A stretch of 64,000 nucleotides of DNA from Nitrosopumilus sp. (GTDB taxonomy: Archaea > Thermoproteota > Nitrososphaeria > Nitrososphaerales > Nitrosopumilaceae). The stretch lies in assembly GCA_965218785.1 (NCBI GenBank), contig OZ244650.1, forward strand, positions 1,344,001 through 1,408,000. The letters run 5' to 3'. The notes beneath the pieces were generated by a model. It made no database searches and had not been told where the DNA came from. It worked only from the letters and a program-made list of their open reading frames with translations. Below, piece by piece: positions 30,337 to 39,703 of this stretch. Both the position numbers and the translations under genes were made by a program. Within the stretch, counting starts at the first letter, position 1; each line of letters begins with the position of its first letter.

Positions 30337-32472
30337 TCAATCCATCCCACACAATTTTTTAATCTCATCAATTTTTGCAGAACCGTAATCTGGGTTTAAT
30401 GATATTTTGGACATCTCCTCATGCCTCTGAAGTTCTTTTTTTATAATATTTTTTTCAGATTCTGCATAAATAGGATCGGGTTTTACATTCAAGTGAGGAA
30501 TTACAAAAATATCATGTATGGTCGCATATTTTTTTCTTGTTCCATCAGGATATGTTCCAGCCCAGGTTCTAAGTATTCTTCCCCGTCTTTGTATGAATTG
30601 TTTCGGATTGCCGGTACTTGCCAACATTATGGCAGTATGTAATGGGGGAATATCTACACCCTCATCAAGTATGTTTATTGCTATGGCACAATTCAAACTG
30701 CCTGTTTGTATCTGTTCTAGTATCTTTTCTATTTCTTTCAAGTCCGTTAGTTCTGATTTTATTATACTATTTGGGATTGGAATTTGATTTAAAATTTCTT
30801 GAGCTTGATTTGCCTGTGATTTTATATTTCCTGTTTTAGATGGAGCACAATATATTATTCCATATTTTAATTTTTTATTTTTAGAAATTATTTCTTTAAA
30901 CGCATCGAGTTTTTTCTCTGCATTTTTTATTATATTTGCTCTTTTGTTTAAAAGAATTGCAAGTAATTCCTTATTTTGCTCATGAGGTTTTTTATGCAAT
31001 TCTGGCTGTAATTTTTTTGTAATTATGTGGTATTCCTCTAGTTCATCTGCGGTTAGATCAACATAATAGGGATAATAATAGTATGGAACAAGTATTTTGT
31101 TTTCTATTGCATCTTTTATGTCCATTTTAAATACAGTGGATTCTTTATGACAATTATTGCAATTAACTATGGGTTTAAAATAATCCGCTAGGAATTGGGA
31201 GCCCTCTTCATCAAAATATCTCTGAGGGGTTGCACTTAATCCCAATCTAAATTGATATTCTTCTAATAATGAATTTTGAGTATTGGCAGCACCGGCAGTA
31301 TGTACCTCGTCTGCAATCAATACGGATTGTCTTGAATTTTTTTTAACTATATCAGTAAATTCTTTTTTTGAAAATGTGGCATATGTTGTAATGATTATAG
31401 TCACATCATTGTTTGTTTTTATTTTAAAATTATGATTGTTGATAATTTTAGTTAAATTTGCCCTCCAATCTTTTTTTCCTTTTAGCGTAGTAATGACCTC
31501 AAAATCCCATTTTTTAAATTCTTTATACCATTGTGAAACCAGATTTTTGGTGGGGCAGGCAACAACTACAAACATCTCTGGATAATTTTTTTGAATCTCT
31601 TTGAGGCTTCCTATTGCAGTAAATGTTTTGCCTGTACCTGTGGCCATCTCCAATATGCCTCTGCATCCATGATCAATCCAACTATCTTTTGCGTCTTTTT
31701 GATATTTTCGCAATCTTGGCATGTGTTTTAGATTTAATTCATCAATTGATTTTGGGGCAAATTCTAGTATGTGATCTTTGAGGGCTTGGGGCAAATCTAT
31801 TATTTCAAATTCATTCTCTTTCTCATCTGATTCTAAATAATCTGGGTCATCCCAATAATTTGTAAATTTTTTAAAATCTCTATCTACATATTCCTCATGT
31901 ATCCAACGCTTGTGTATGGTAATGTCCGTATATTCATCTTCATTATCATGACTAGGTTTGATCACCCCATTAAATGAAATTGAATTTCCTTCTTCGTCAT
32001 GAAAAATACCTACGCTCAAATCTGCCTTGCCTGAATTTCGTAGTAATTCCCCGTCTAGGATATCTCCATTTGAGTTCTTGTGGATGATCAACTTTAATTC
32101 TAATTTTGGTGGATCTTGTGCCAACATCCATGCAAGTGCCCTTATGTGATCTTTTTCAAATTTTTCTTTAATCTCCTCAAAACTTTTTATCCAGTTGTCC
32201 TTAATTTTTTCTTCTCTGTTTGTAACACCTTTTTTAATTGCTGCAATATCTTCACTCGTAAATAATGATGATAGAACCAGTTTTAATTCACCGTTGTTCT
32301 TTAGAAATTCACTTAATCCCTCAGCACATAAAGCCAGATTTTTTGATGTAAAAAATCCCCCATATCTATAATATGTATTGGAATTTAAAAAACATGGAAC
32401 AAAAAAATCATTATACGGATCACTTGATACAGATGAATAACCAGATAATATTGGGAATGATTTTAAATTCAA
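30337..32472 (-). CDS. pbeA: PbeA-like SF2 (DEAD/DEAH) helicase with N-terminal PLD-like domain
   Basis: LRKYQ, MATGTGKT, DEVH, GLSATP, LDEGVDIP, QRRGRILR; N-terminal DFFVP...GFFTS. Confidence 0.8.
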   Translation of the reverse strand: MNLKSFPILSGYSSVSSDPYNDFFVPCFLNSNTYYRYGGFFTSKNLALCAEGLSEFLKNNGELKLVLSSLFTSEDIAAIKKGVTNREEKIKDNWIKSFEEIKEKFEKDHIRALAWMLAQDPPKLELKLIIHKNSNGDILDGELLRNSGKADLSVGIFHDEEGNSISFNGVIKPSHDNEDEYTDITIHKRWIHEEYVDRDFKKFTNYWDDPDYLESDEKENEFEIIDLPQALKDHILEFAPKSIDELNLKHMPRLRKYQKDAKDSWIDHGCRGILEMATGTGKTFTAIGSLKEIQKNYPEMFVVVACPTKNLVSQWYKEFKKWDFEVITTLKGKKDWRANLTKIINNHNFKIKTNNDVTIIITTYATFSKKEFTDIVKKNSRQSVLIADEVHTAGAANTQNSLLEEYQFRLGLSATPQRYFDEEGSQFLADYFKPIVNCNNCHKESTVFKMDIKDAIENKILVPYYYYPYYVDLTADELEEYHIITKKLQPELHKKPHEQNKELLAILLNKRANIIKNAEKKLDAFKEIISKNKKLKYGIIYCAPSKTGNIKSQANQAQEILNQIPIPNSIIKSELTDLKEIEKILEQIQTGSLNCAIAINILDEGVDIPPLHTAIMLASTGNPKQFIQRRGRILRTWAGTYPDGTRKKYATIHDIFVIPHLNVKPDPIYAESEKNIIKKELQRHEEMSKISLNPDYGSAKIDEIKKLCGMD

Positions 32473-33386
32473 ATAAAATCTTCCTTTATTTTTGAATTAT
32501 GAAATTTGATATTCTTTGTGTCAAGATTATGTTTATCTTTAAAAAAAATCGTACCCAAATGATTACCTTTCAAATCTTCTATTTTATCAGGATTTTTTGG
32601 ATTAAATCTAATTATTCGGAAATCAAATTCAGTGTGATGGTTTGGACATAGTACCAGCATGTTATCAAAATCATCATCTCCATTGTCTGCCATTGGCCAG
32701 ACATGATGGATTTCGGAGTATCCTGGTTCTGCATATTCTGGAAATGAATAGCTACAAATCTGACATTTGTTGCCATATATTTTTTTTAATAATTTAGATT
32801 TTCCCGTATCTCGTATTCTTCTTAGTATGGTGGATTGTATTCTTTTTGGTTCTTTTTTCATACTTGATGGAATTATTTTTGTAATATCTATATTTTTGAA
32901 TTTAGGCACTGATATCCCAAGATACGATTCTATGGTATTGTATTTTTTACAAATTTTTTGAATAGATTTCTCCCTGAATTGGATCAGGCTAATTTTGTGC
33001 ATTTTTGGAATATCTGTATCAAATCCCATATCTGAATTTGTTTTTTTATATCCCAAATTTATTTTAAATATTTGGCTAAAATATACTGCTAGAAATTTAT
33101 CCTGATAAATTTTTTTATTCATATTTTTTGTTTGTATTTTCAGTTTCTTTGTCTTGTAGATTTTTCCTGCAACTGAATATTTGCCGTTAAAATAAAATAA
33201 TAACCATTCATCATTATTCATACAATTCCAAATTTTTAAATTTTTTTCTGATGATGAAAAGCTCCACATGAATGTAATATCAGAATCTGTTTTACTTTCC
33301 ACATCTGAGGTTTTGATTTTTTTGACAAATTCATTCATAAAGATTTCTTTTTGATCTCGTTCTATAGATGTTAGAAAAACTTGCAT
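32469..33386 (-). CDS. HNH endonuclease with N-terminal EVE/PUA-like domain
   Basis: CQIC, EIHHVWPM, NMLVLCPNHH; N-terminal W...W..M..DEWLLFY; TTGA overlap with pbeA start. Confidence 0.85.
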   Translation of the reverse strand: MQVFLTSIERDQKEIFMNEFVKKIKTSDVESKTDSDITFMWSFSSSEKNLKIWNCMNNDEWLLFYFNGKYSVAGKIYKTKKLKIQTKNMNKKIYQDKFLAVYFSQIFKINLGYKKTNSDMGFDTDIPKMHKISLIQFREKSIQKICKKYNTIESYLGISVPKFKNIDITKIIPSSMKKEPKRIQSTILRRIRDTGKSKLLKKIYGNKCQICSYSFPEYAEPGYSEIHHVWPMADNGDDDFDNMLVLCPNHHTEFDFRIIRFNPKNPDKIEDLKGNHLGTIFFKDKHNLDTKNIKFHNSKIKEDFI

Positions 33387-33567
33387 TTTTTTGTCCTCAT
33401 TTATTTTCCACGTTTTATCGTCAATATCTTATCTACAATATATCTTTTTGAGACCACACATTAAAAATATTCATGCATGGATTCATCATGTGTTATCCAA
33501 CGTTTGTTTTTATTAGTCATCCCATGTTATTCAATAACTCTATAAACTCCCGGTTCCAACCATATTC

Positions 33568-33735
33568 ATGCGAGATACGATAGGTGGAAGACCATACGAG
33601 GTCAGAAAGACAGGCTCCAAGTATGTCGTCAGTTTTTATCCCCAGGTCAAAAACGCAAAGAATCCAGATGCTGTATTATTCAGACTGACTGTAACCAAAG
33701 AAGAGCTAAAGAAACTGGCAAAGATTGCAGGATAA
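33568..33735 (+). CDS. Small basic protein (55 aa, not in ORF track)
   Basis: MRDTIGGRPYEVRKTGSKYVVSFYPQVKNAKNPDAVLFRLTVTKEELKKLAKIAG*; tataaa at 33541. Confidence 0.7.
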   Translation: MRDTIGGRPYEVRKTGSKYVVSFYPQVKNAKNPDAVLFRLTVTKEELKKLAKIAG

Positions 33736-34056
33736 ACTCACTCTGATAGAGTATCAAACACCATGTTTTCATAGGTGTTGCCCGTAAATTCAAACAAAAA
33801 ACTTGAAGAACAAAAGGACATCGGAGTAAAAAAGCTAAAGATCAATATGTTCTACCCAATACAATAACAGAAAAAGATCAATGGAGGAACAGATAATGGA
33901 GGAATCCACAGTCAGAAAAAATGGACATAAAAACCCCGATATGATAAAATTGATTTAATTGTGCAATAGATCTGTTGTGTTTAGTTTGTTAAATCTATTT
34001 CAGCACAAATTTCAGATCAGAAAGCAATTACAAGACAGACAATAGATAAAAAATAA

Positions 34057-35235
34057 CTACCAACAAAACTTTTCATCAACTGGTTGTTTTTTGAAACTGC
34101 TTGGATGATACAGGTATCCAGACTCTAGGCTCTGTTCAAAGTCTTGAACAATTACTAATTCTTTCGAATCAAATGAAATTCCAATAGAAACTGATTCATG
34201 ATTAGGATTAATGATATTATCTCTATGACCCCAGTTTGCATGAGCGTCATCAAACATCATGTCATAGTTTGCATCTAAGATTCCCTTTTTCATATTCCAA
34301 GTACTACCATAGCCTCCTGCAATATTTTCAAAAATCAAATACATTTCATCGTTATTATTTTTGTATCTAAGCATTGGACCATCACCTGAATTTGAAACAT
34401 GATGAATACACTGTTCTTGTGCTAATTGCTCAGCATAAACCTGAGGAGCTTTGGCATCACCTAGACTAATTGATCTCACTCCTTTGTCTTTTCTATACTT
34501 GTTGATATCATCTAATGCAATTTGTCGCAGTTCTTGTAATGTTGGTTGTTCCGGAGGTTCAAATGATGGTATTTCAATTTTAGGAATCTGTATTTCAGAG
34601 ATTTTAATATCTGGAATTACTACAGATTCTTGAGTTTCATGGATAATATTTTCAATCATTAGCGGTACTTCAGTTAAAGAATCTTCAAAAGATTCGATTG
34701 ATTCAGAAACATTGGAGGGTAATTTAATTTCATCAAGAATCTTTTCCAAATCATTGTACAGATTTTCTTCATAGTCAATGTCAATTAAATCATATTTGAT
34801 TTCAATTCCTAAATGACTGTTAAATTGAGTTGTGTATACATTGTTTTTTAAAGTCAAGGTGACATCTTGAACAACATTTGCATTTAGAGGCATATCCCTT
34901 ACTAGGTAAAATATTTCATTGCCACATTGAATTTCTACATTTCTAGTTCCAAATGTGTTCATAATACAATCATTCCAAATTTGATCAGTTTTTTGTGAAG
35001 TAATTTGTTTTAAATTAAATTCAGATACATCTACTATTCCTAGTACAAAAAGAAATACAAACCCTACAATTACAACTCCAATTCCCATTCCTAAATTTTT
35101 TGATTGTTTTTTATTGCGATTGTTTTTGTAAGAGCCTCGTTTTATATTTCCATCATATCTGTTATCATATTTCCCTCCTTTCCAGCCCCTCCAATCATCA
35201 AAGGTATTTTCTGCTGTGTCATCCCATCTTCCCAT
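34057..35235 (-). CDS. Membrane-anchored CAP (SCP/PR-1) domain protein
   Basis: One N-terminal TM; INKYR, FENIA, WGHRDNIINP, SIGIS, VQDF. Confidence 0.8.
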   Translation of the reverse strand: MGRWDDTAENTFDDWRGWKGGKYDNRYDGNIKRGSYKNNRNKKQSKNLGMGIGVVIVGFVFLFVLGIVDVSEFNLKQITSQKTDQIWNDCIMNTFGTRNVEIQCGNEIFYLVRDMPLNANVVQDVTLTLKNNVYTTQFNSHLGIEIKYDLIDIDYEENLYNDLEKILDEIKLPSNVSESIESFEDSLTEVPLMIENIIHETQESVVIPDIKISEIQIPKIEIPSFEPPEQPTLQELRQIALDDINKYRKDKGVRSISLGDAKAPQVYAEQLAQEQCIHHVSNSGDGPMLRYKNNNDEMYLIFENIAGGYGSTWNMKKGILDANYDMMFDDAHANWGHRDNIINPNHESVSIGISFDSKELVIVQDFEQSLESGYLYHPSSFKKQPVDEKFCW

Positions 35236-35920
35236 ATCTAATCATCATTTTGTGTATATTTTTCTTTTAAAAAAAGATATTGTTAATCTGTTCCAAAATA
35301 GTATTCAATCATTTTTAGATTCTCATCAATCAAACAGACAAAGAATTACTACTTTGTTAAGTACTGTAAGAGGAATTACACTTCCTTCTGGAGCAGGAAT
35401 ACAATTTGATTTCTCATCAAACAATATCTTGGACTTGCCAGGATTATTTAGAAGATTAGATCAATGGGCTGGAGAGAATAATACAAAAATCGTTATTGCA
35501 GTAGATGAAGCTCAAGAATTTAGAAAAAGCAAACACATGGATATGACAAACATATTTGCATCAGTATATGATAACTGTAGAAATATTATTTTAATTTTGA
35601 CAGGTTCAGAAATTGGAGTTTTTTATGATTTCTTGGCTCTTGAAGATGCTAATTCAACATTATTTGGAAGAGCAAAAAAAGAAATCAAAATTAATCCATT
35701 ATCCCATCAGCAAGGTATTGAATTTCTTAAAGTAGGATTAGAACAACAGAAATTAAAAAAATTTGATGAATCTGTATTATCTCATGCTGTTGATGAACTC
35801 GGCGGTATTGTTGGATGGTTAAATGAATTTGGACTACGATGTCTGGAACATAAAAAAAATGGAAAAGAATTCATTAAGGATATTAAAAAAATAGGGTTCT
35901 GGTGCAAAACAGTGATCTGA
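35216..35920 (+). pseudogene. Truncated archaeal AAA/ATPase_2-family ATP-binding protein
   Basis: Walker B IAVDEAQEF, LTGSEIG, LFGR, GGIVGWL present; Walker A and C-terminus missing. Confidence 0.65.
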
Positions 35921-36003
35921 TCATCAAAATACACCAGAACCGTGCTACTACCAGTAACTGACATGCGGTACATTGGTTTTCAAACATGACAAATTATCAA
36001 CAA

Positions 36004-36842
36004 TCATCTATTTTTTACCACAAGTTGTTTTTTCCGTTTTAGATATCTAGAGTCGGGCGGATATTCTATGTTATCTTTTATCTTCATTTCAGGTAAAATC
36101 GATGTGACCCATTTTTTTACAATCGTCGTTCTGTTATCCTTCAAGTAGGAGGACACGGTTGTTCCATGATCTTCTTCTATGATAATGTCGCCACGTTCAA
36201 ATGCCGTATCACACAATCTACAAAATAACAACCCGTTAGATGGATTCATAGAGTTTTTAGGATCCTCTACTTTCATAGTGCTATATGGTACAATATGAGC
36301 TCCTATCATATATTTTGGAATTTTAAATTCACAAAGAACACATTTGTGGTATTGTTTTTCTAGAATCCGCTTAAATGCCGTCTGTTTTGTTCGAACAGAG
36401 ATGGTTCGCATAGAGCCATCAGAGTAAAAATTCTTTGTTTAATTTCTTCTTTGCCCTGATTGATAGCGTGTTCTTCTAACAAAGAATATTCATCGGTTTT
36501 AGAACCTGCCAATCTCCATGTTCCCATACCTCTGCCTTTTTTTGTTTTCCTCCAATCTACAAGAATGTTCTTTAGACGTAATCTGCGAATTTCTCCAGCT
36601 ATCTCCTTGTACAATTTGTTCCCGTGTTCATTAGTATAATCATCAAAGTTGACCCCCAAGCGTGCTGTTACAAATTTGTCCAGATCAGTTTTATTGTGCC
36701 ATATAGGCTTGAGTTCATCTGGTTTAGAGTAGGATTTGCCATCATTGCGTATCATGTAGATCGGTCTGCCGGGTTGAGTAAGATATTCCCAGACATACTG
36801 TTGAAGACCAGTAAATTCTGAATATTTCTTGTATTGTCTCAA
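36004..36842 (-). pseudogene. Frameshifted HNH endonuclease (N-terminal winged-helix-like domain + HNH)
   Basis: ORFs 36360..36842 and 36004..36411 join by one frameshift near 36430; CVLC, AHIVPYS, NGLLFCRLCD. Confidence 0.7.
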
Positions 36843-37075
36843 TATTGTTTAGCCAGGACTATCACAATTAAGTGCAGATGTTAAGATTAAAGCATACTCC
36901 CAGATGGGAAATAATCAACGACCCATCTGAAGAAAATATCAGTCATAAACAATCCTGATTGGATACTGTGGACTTCTGTCAATCCTGTTTCTTGCCGCAC
37001 AACACAAAAAAGCATTGGGTATCCAAATTAAGGAAATTTTTAACATTTATTAAATAAAAGATACCCACCTGATTC

Positions 37076-37969
37076 ATGGTCATAGTAGTAAAAGAAAGGA
37101 AGAGGAACAGGGAATTTTACTACCTAGCACACCATTCAGGCACAAAAACCATCAAAAAATATCTGGGCAAATTCATTCCAGATGACGTTGAGGAGCAAAA
37201 GGCGGGGCTTTTACAAAAGTTCTACTGCCGGGAATGGGATGGGGAGATAAGGAAGATTGTGGAGAATTACCAAATCGAGATGAGGCGCATCCCGATATCA
37301 GTCCAGATACAAAACTTTGAGAGTTTTGGAATATCATTTACCTACAACACGCAAAGAATTGAAGGCTCGACACTGACACAGGAAGACACCCGGGATCTGC
37401 TGATTCACGGAATCACCCCAAACAAGAAATCAAAAATTGACAGCATTGAAACGCAGAGGCATTATGATTTATTTGTAAGACTGGTTTGCTCCAAAAAAGC
37501 AAAGAGGATCACAATGAACGAGATTCTGGCATGGCACAGCGAGATATTCGGACAGACAAAAATCGGCCAGGCAGGAGGTCTTAGGACCGGCAGGGTGGGA
37601 ATATCTGGAAACGACAAAATTGAATTCACCCCGGTTGCACAGATAAAGTCGAATCTAGAAAAAATATTCAAAGAGATTGACGGGTATGACGGCAAGATAA
37701 CACCCGCGGAACTGGCTTGTAAGGTACACTATGATTTCGTATCAGTACACCCGTTCTGGGATGGAAACGGCAGGATCTCCAGGCTGATAATGAACTACAT
37801 ACTATTCAAGTATGACTATCCGCTGATGTTAATTGAAAATAAAAACAGAAAAGCATATTTCAAATCACTTGAAAGATCACAGCTTGAGAAGAATCCAATT
37901 CATTTTCAAAAATGGTTCATGAAGTATTACATCAAATCCAACAAAAAATATAATCACCAGACAACTTGA
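37076..37969 (+). CDS. Fic-family AMP transferase (class II)
   Basis: HPFWDGNGRISR catalytic motif; TQRIEG inhibitory motif. Confidence 0.92.
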   Translation: MVIVVKERKRNREFYYLAHHSGTKTIKKYLGKFIPDDVEEQKAGLLQKFYCREWDGEIRKIVENYQIEMRRIPISVQIQNFESFGISFTYNTQRIEGSTLTQEDTRDLLIHGITPNKKSKIDSIETQRHYDLFVRLVCSKKAKRITMNEILAWHSEIFGQTKIGQAGGLRTGRVGISGNDKIEFTPVAQIKSNLEKIFKEIDGYDGKITPAELACKVHYDFVSVHPFWDGNGRISRLIMNYILFKYDYPLMLIENKNRKAYFKSLERSQLEKNPIHFQKWFMKYYIKSNKKYNHQTT

Positions 37970-38177
37970 GCAAAACATACAGGGTTGCATGTCACCACAC
38001 AGACTTGATCCCTTTGTGTATAGCCAGACCAGGCTTTTTTGATGGTAATACGAAAATTGATTAAAAATTTGAATTAATTACATCAGTTAGATAAAATCAA
38101 ATATTAAAAAATCAGGTTATTATCAGTCAATTCTCATCATGGACATCAGTAACCACACATTAGAAAAAAAATGATGT

Positions 38178-38315
38178 CTAGTGGCTGTGTCCACAGCCAC
38201 AGGAATCATGACCTTCCTGTCCGGGGGATTCCTTCCCTGCACATCTGGAGCATTTCTCGGATCCTATTGGAGAGAAGAAGCTGATTCCACATGATACGCA
38301 TTTTTGATTTGCCAT
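38178..38315 (-). CDS. Small Cys/His-rich metal-binding peptide (45 aa, not in ORF track)
   Basis: MANQKCVSCGISFFSPIGSEKCSRCAGKESPGQEGHDSCGCGHSH*; 24 nt downstream of the 38340..38705 gene. Confidence 0.7.
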   Translation of the reverse strand: MANQKCVSCGISFFSPIGSEKCSRCAGKESPGQEGHDSCGCGHSH

Positions 38316-38339
38316 GTAATTCGTGAAAAACTGCCATAT

Positions 38340-38705
38340 TTATTCAGATGGTTTTGTTGCATGACCTGCATCATCATCACCTGATCCGTCCTTTTTTTGA
38401 AAGACCCTGTACTCACCAATGACCCCGCCGCATTTCTCACAGGTGTACTGTCCCCTCTCTATTAGCACCAAATTCTCTGCGACCTGCTCGTTTGCACTCT
38501 CCTCTAGCCGAATCTTTGGAGGACTGGCAAATTCGGTCTCACAGATGTTGCAGTAGTGTTTGAACATCTTTTCTGGTTCCAGCTTTCCAATTGGAGCCAA
38601 AAACAGCTTTCCTACACCCAAATCCGCTTTTTTTGCCTGCTCCTCAGTCAGGTCTGCCGTGACATGACCGCCTGAACCATGAACCTGAAATTCTGCCATA
38701 TACAC
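38340..38705 (-). CDS. Zinc-ribbon hypothetical protein
   Basis: CNIC and CEKC pairs. Confidence 0.8.
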   Translation of the reverse strand: MYMAEFQVHGSGGHVTADLTEEQAKKADLGVGKLFLAPIGKLEPEKMFKHYCNICETEFASPPKIRLEESANEQVAENLVLIERGQYTCEKCGGVIGEYRVFQKKDGSGDDDAGHATKPSE

Positions 38706-38780
38706 CGTACCATCCCGTGTTATTTTAGTATGCCCCCTGTATTACCATAGATTCTTATCTAAAATTTTTAGGAAAAATCC

Positions 38781-39650
38781 ATGGATAAAATCAAGCAAAA
38801 TTCCTACGTATTATTCTACTTTAACCATTCAAAAAAATGGCTGATCAAGGTCTCAAGGAAGGAATCACTCCACACACACATCGGAGTAATCAAACATTCA
38901 GATGCAATTGGAAGAGAGTACGGCTCCAGACTGGTTACAAACAAGGACAAGTACGTCTATCTTCTCAGGCCTACAATGTATGACTATATAATGAAGATCC
39001 GGCACGGCACCCAGATTGTTTATCCAAAGGATCTAGGCTACATCGTTGCAAGGGCGGGAATTGGAAGCGGACAGAAGATTCTGGAGATTGGAACCGGCAG
39101 CGGCTCTCTTACCTCTTTTGTCGCAAGTATTGTAAAACCGCGCGGCCATGTGTACACTTTTGATGTTGATGAGGGTTTTATGAAGATAGCAGAAAAGAAC
39201 ATCAGCAAGGCAGGCGTTTCAAAATATGTGACGCAGCATAACCTGGATCTTAAAACCGCAAAAAAGATGCCGCTAAAGGAGATCGACGTTGCATTGATTG
39301 ACCTGGGCGATCCCTGGACCGTACTGCCACAGGTGCGCCAGATGCTCAAAAGCAGCGGTTCGGTCTTTGCCATCTGTCCCACCATGAACCAGCTAGAAAA
39401 GCTGAGCATGGCACTTGTGGAAAACGAATTTACAGACATTGAATCAACTGAACACATCCTGCGTACAATCGAGGCCAGGGAGGGAAAAACCAGACACTCA
39501 TTCCAGGGAATCGGCCATACCACCTACCTGTGTTATGCCAGAAAGGCGTACTTTGAAATGCCATCAGCACCACCCCTCAAAAAAAAGAGAGTCATCAAAA
39601 AGACCGCTAAAACCAAAAAGACCGCTAAAACCAAAAAAAGCAGTGCGTGA
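38781..39650 (+). CDS. trmI: tRNA (adenine-N1)-methyltransferase TrmI
   Basis: TQIVYPKD, LEIGTGSGSLT, DLGDPW, GHTTYL. Confidence 0.93.
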   Translation: MDKIKQNSYVLFYFNHSKKWLIKVSRKESLHTHIGVIKHSDAIGREYGSRLVTNKDKYVYLLRPTMYDYIMKIRHGTQIVYPKDLGYIVARAGIGSGQKILEIGTGSGSLTSFVASIVKPRGHVYTFDVDEGFMKIAEKNISKAGVSKYVTQHNLDLKTAKKMPLKEIDVALIDLGDPWTVLPQVRQMLKSSGSVFAICPTMNQLEKLSMALVENEFTDIESTEHILRTIEAREGKTRHSFQGIGHTTYLCYARKAYFEMPSAPPLKKKRVIKKTAKTKKTAKTKKSSA

Positions 39651-39703
39651 GTATCTACACCCAGAAACAAGACTTATTCCCATGTCTACTGTAACATGTT
39701 CAG

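Larger units (their letters stand above)
15100..38000. mobile_element. Defence island (dnd, ParB-betaCASP-HEPN, pbe, HNH, Fic) between argS and the trmI region
   Basis: Cluster of defence genes, gene relics and an IS scar, mostly AT-richer than the flanks; no integrase or att repeats seen; boundaries approximate. Confidence 0.75.

Noticed and set aside
27903-32472. Calling the minus-strand module DndFGH or SbcCD/Rad50-Mre11
   Set aside because: There is no Mre11 phosphoesterase, and the sizes and order (helicase, small, SMC-ATPase, small) fit PbeABCD better.
38181-38202. Palindrome gtggctgtg-tc-cacagccac as an ncRNA or terminator
   Set aside because: Explained by the CGCGHSH codons of the 45-aa ORF; a secondary role as a hairpin cannot be shown.
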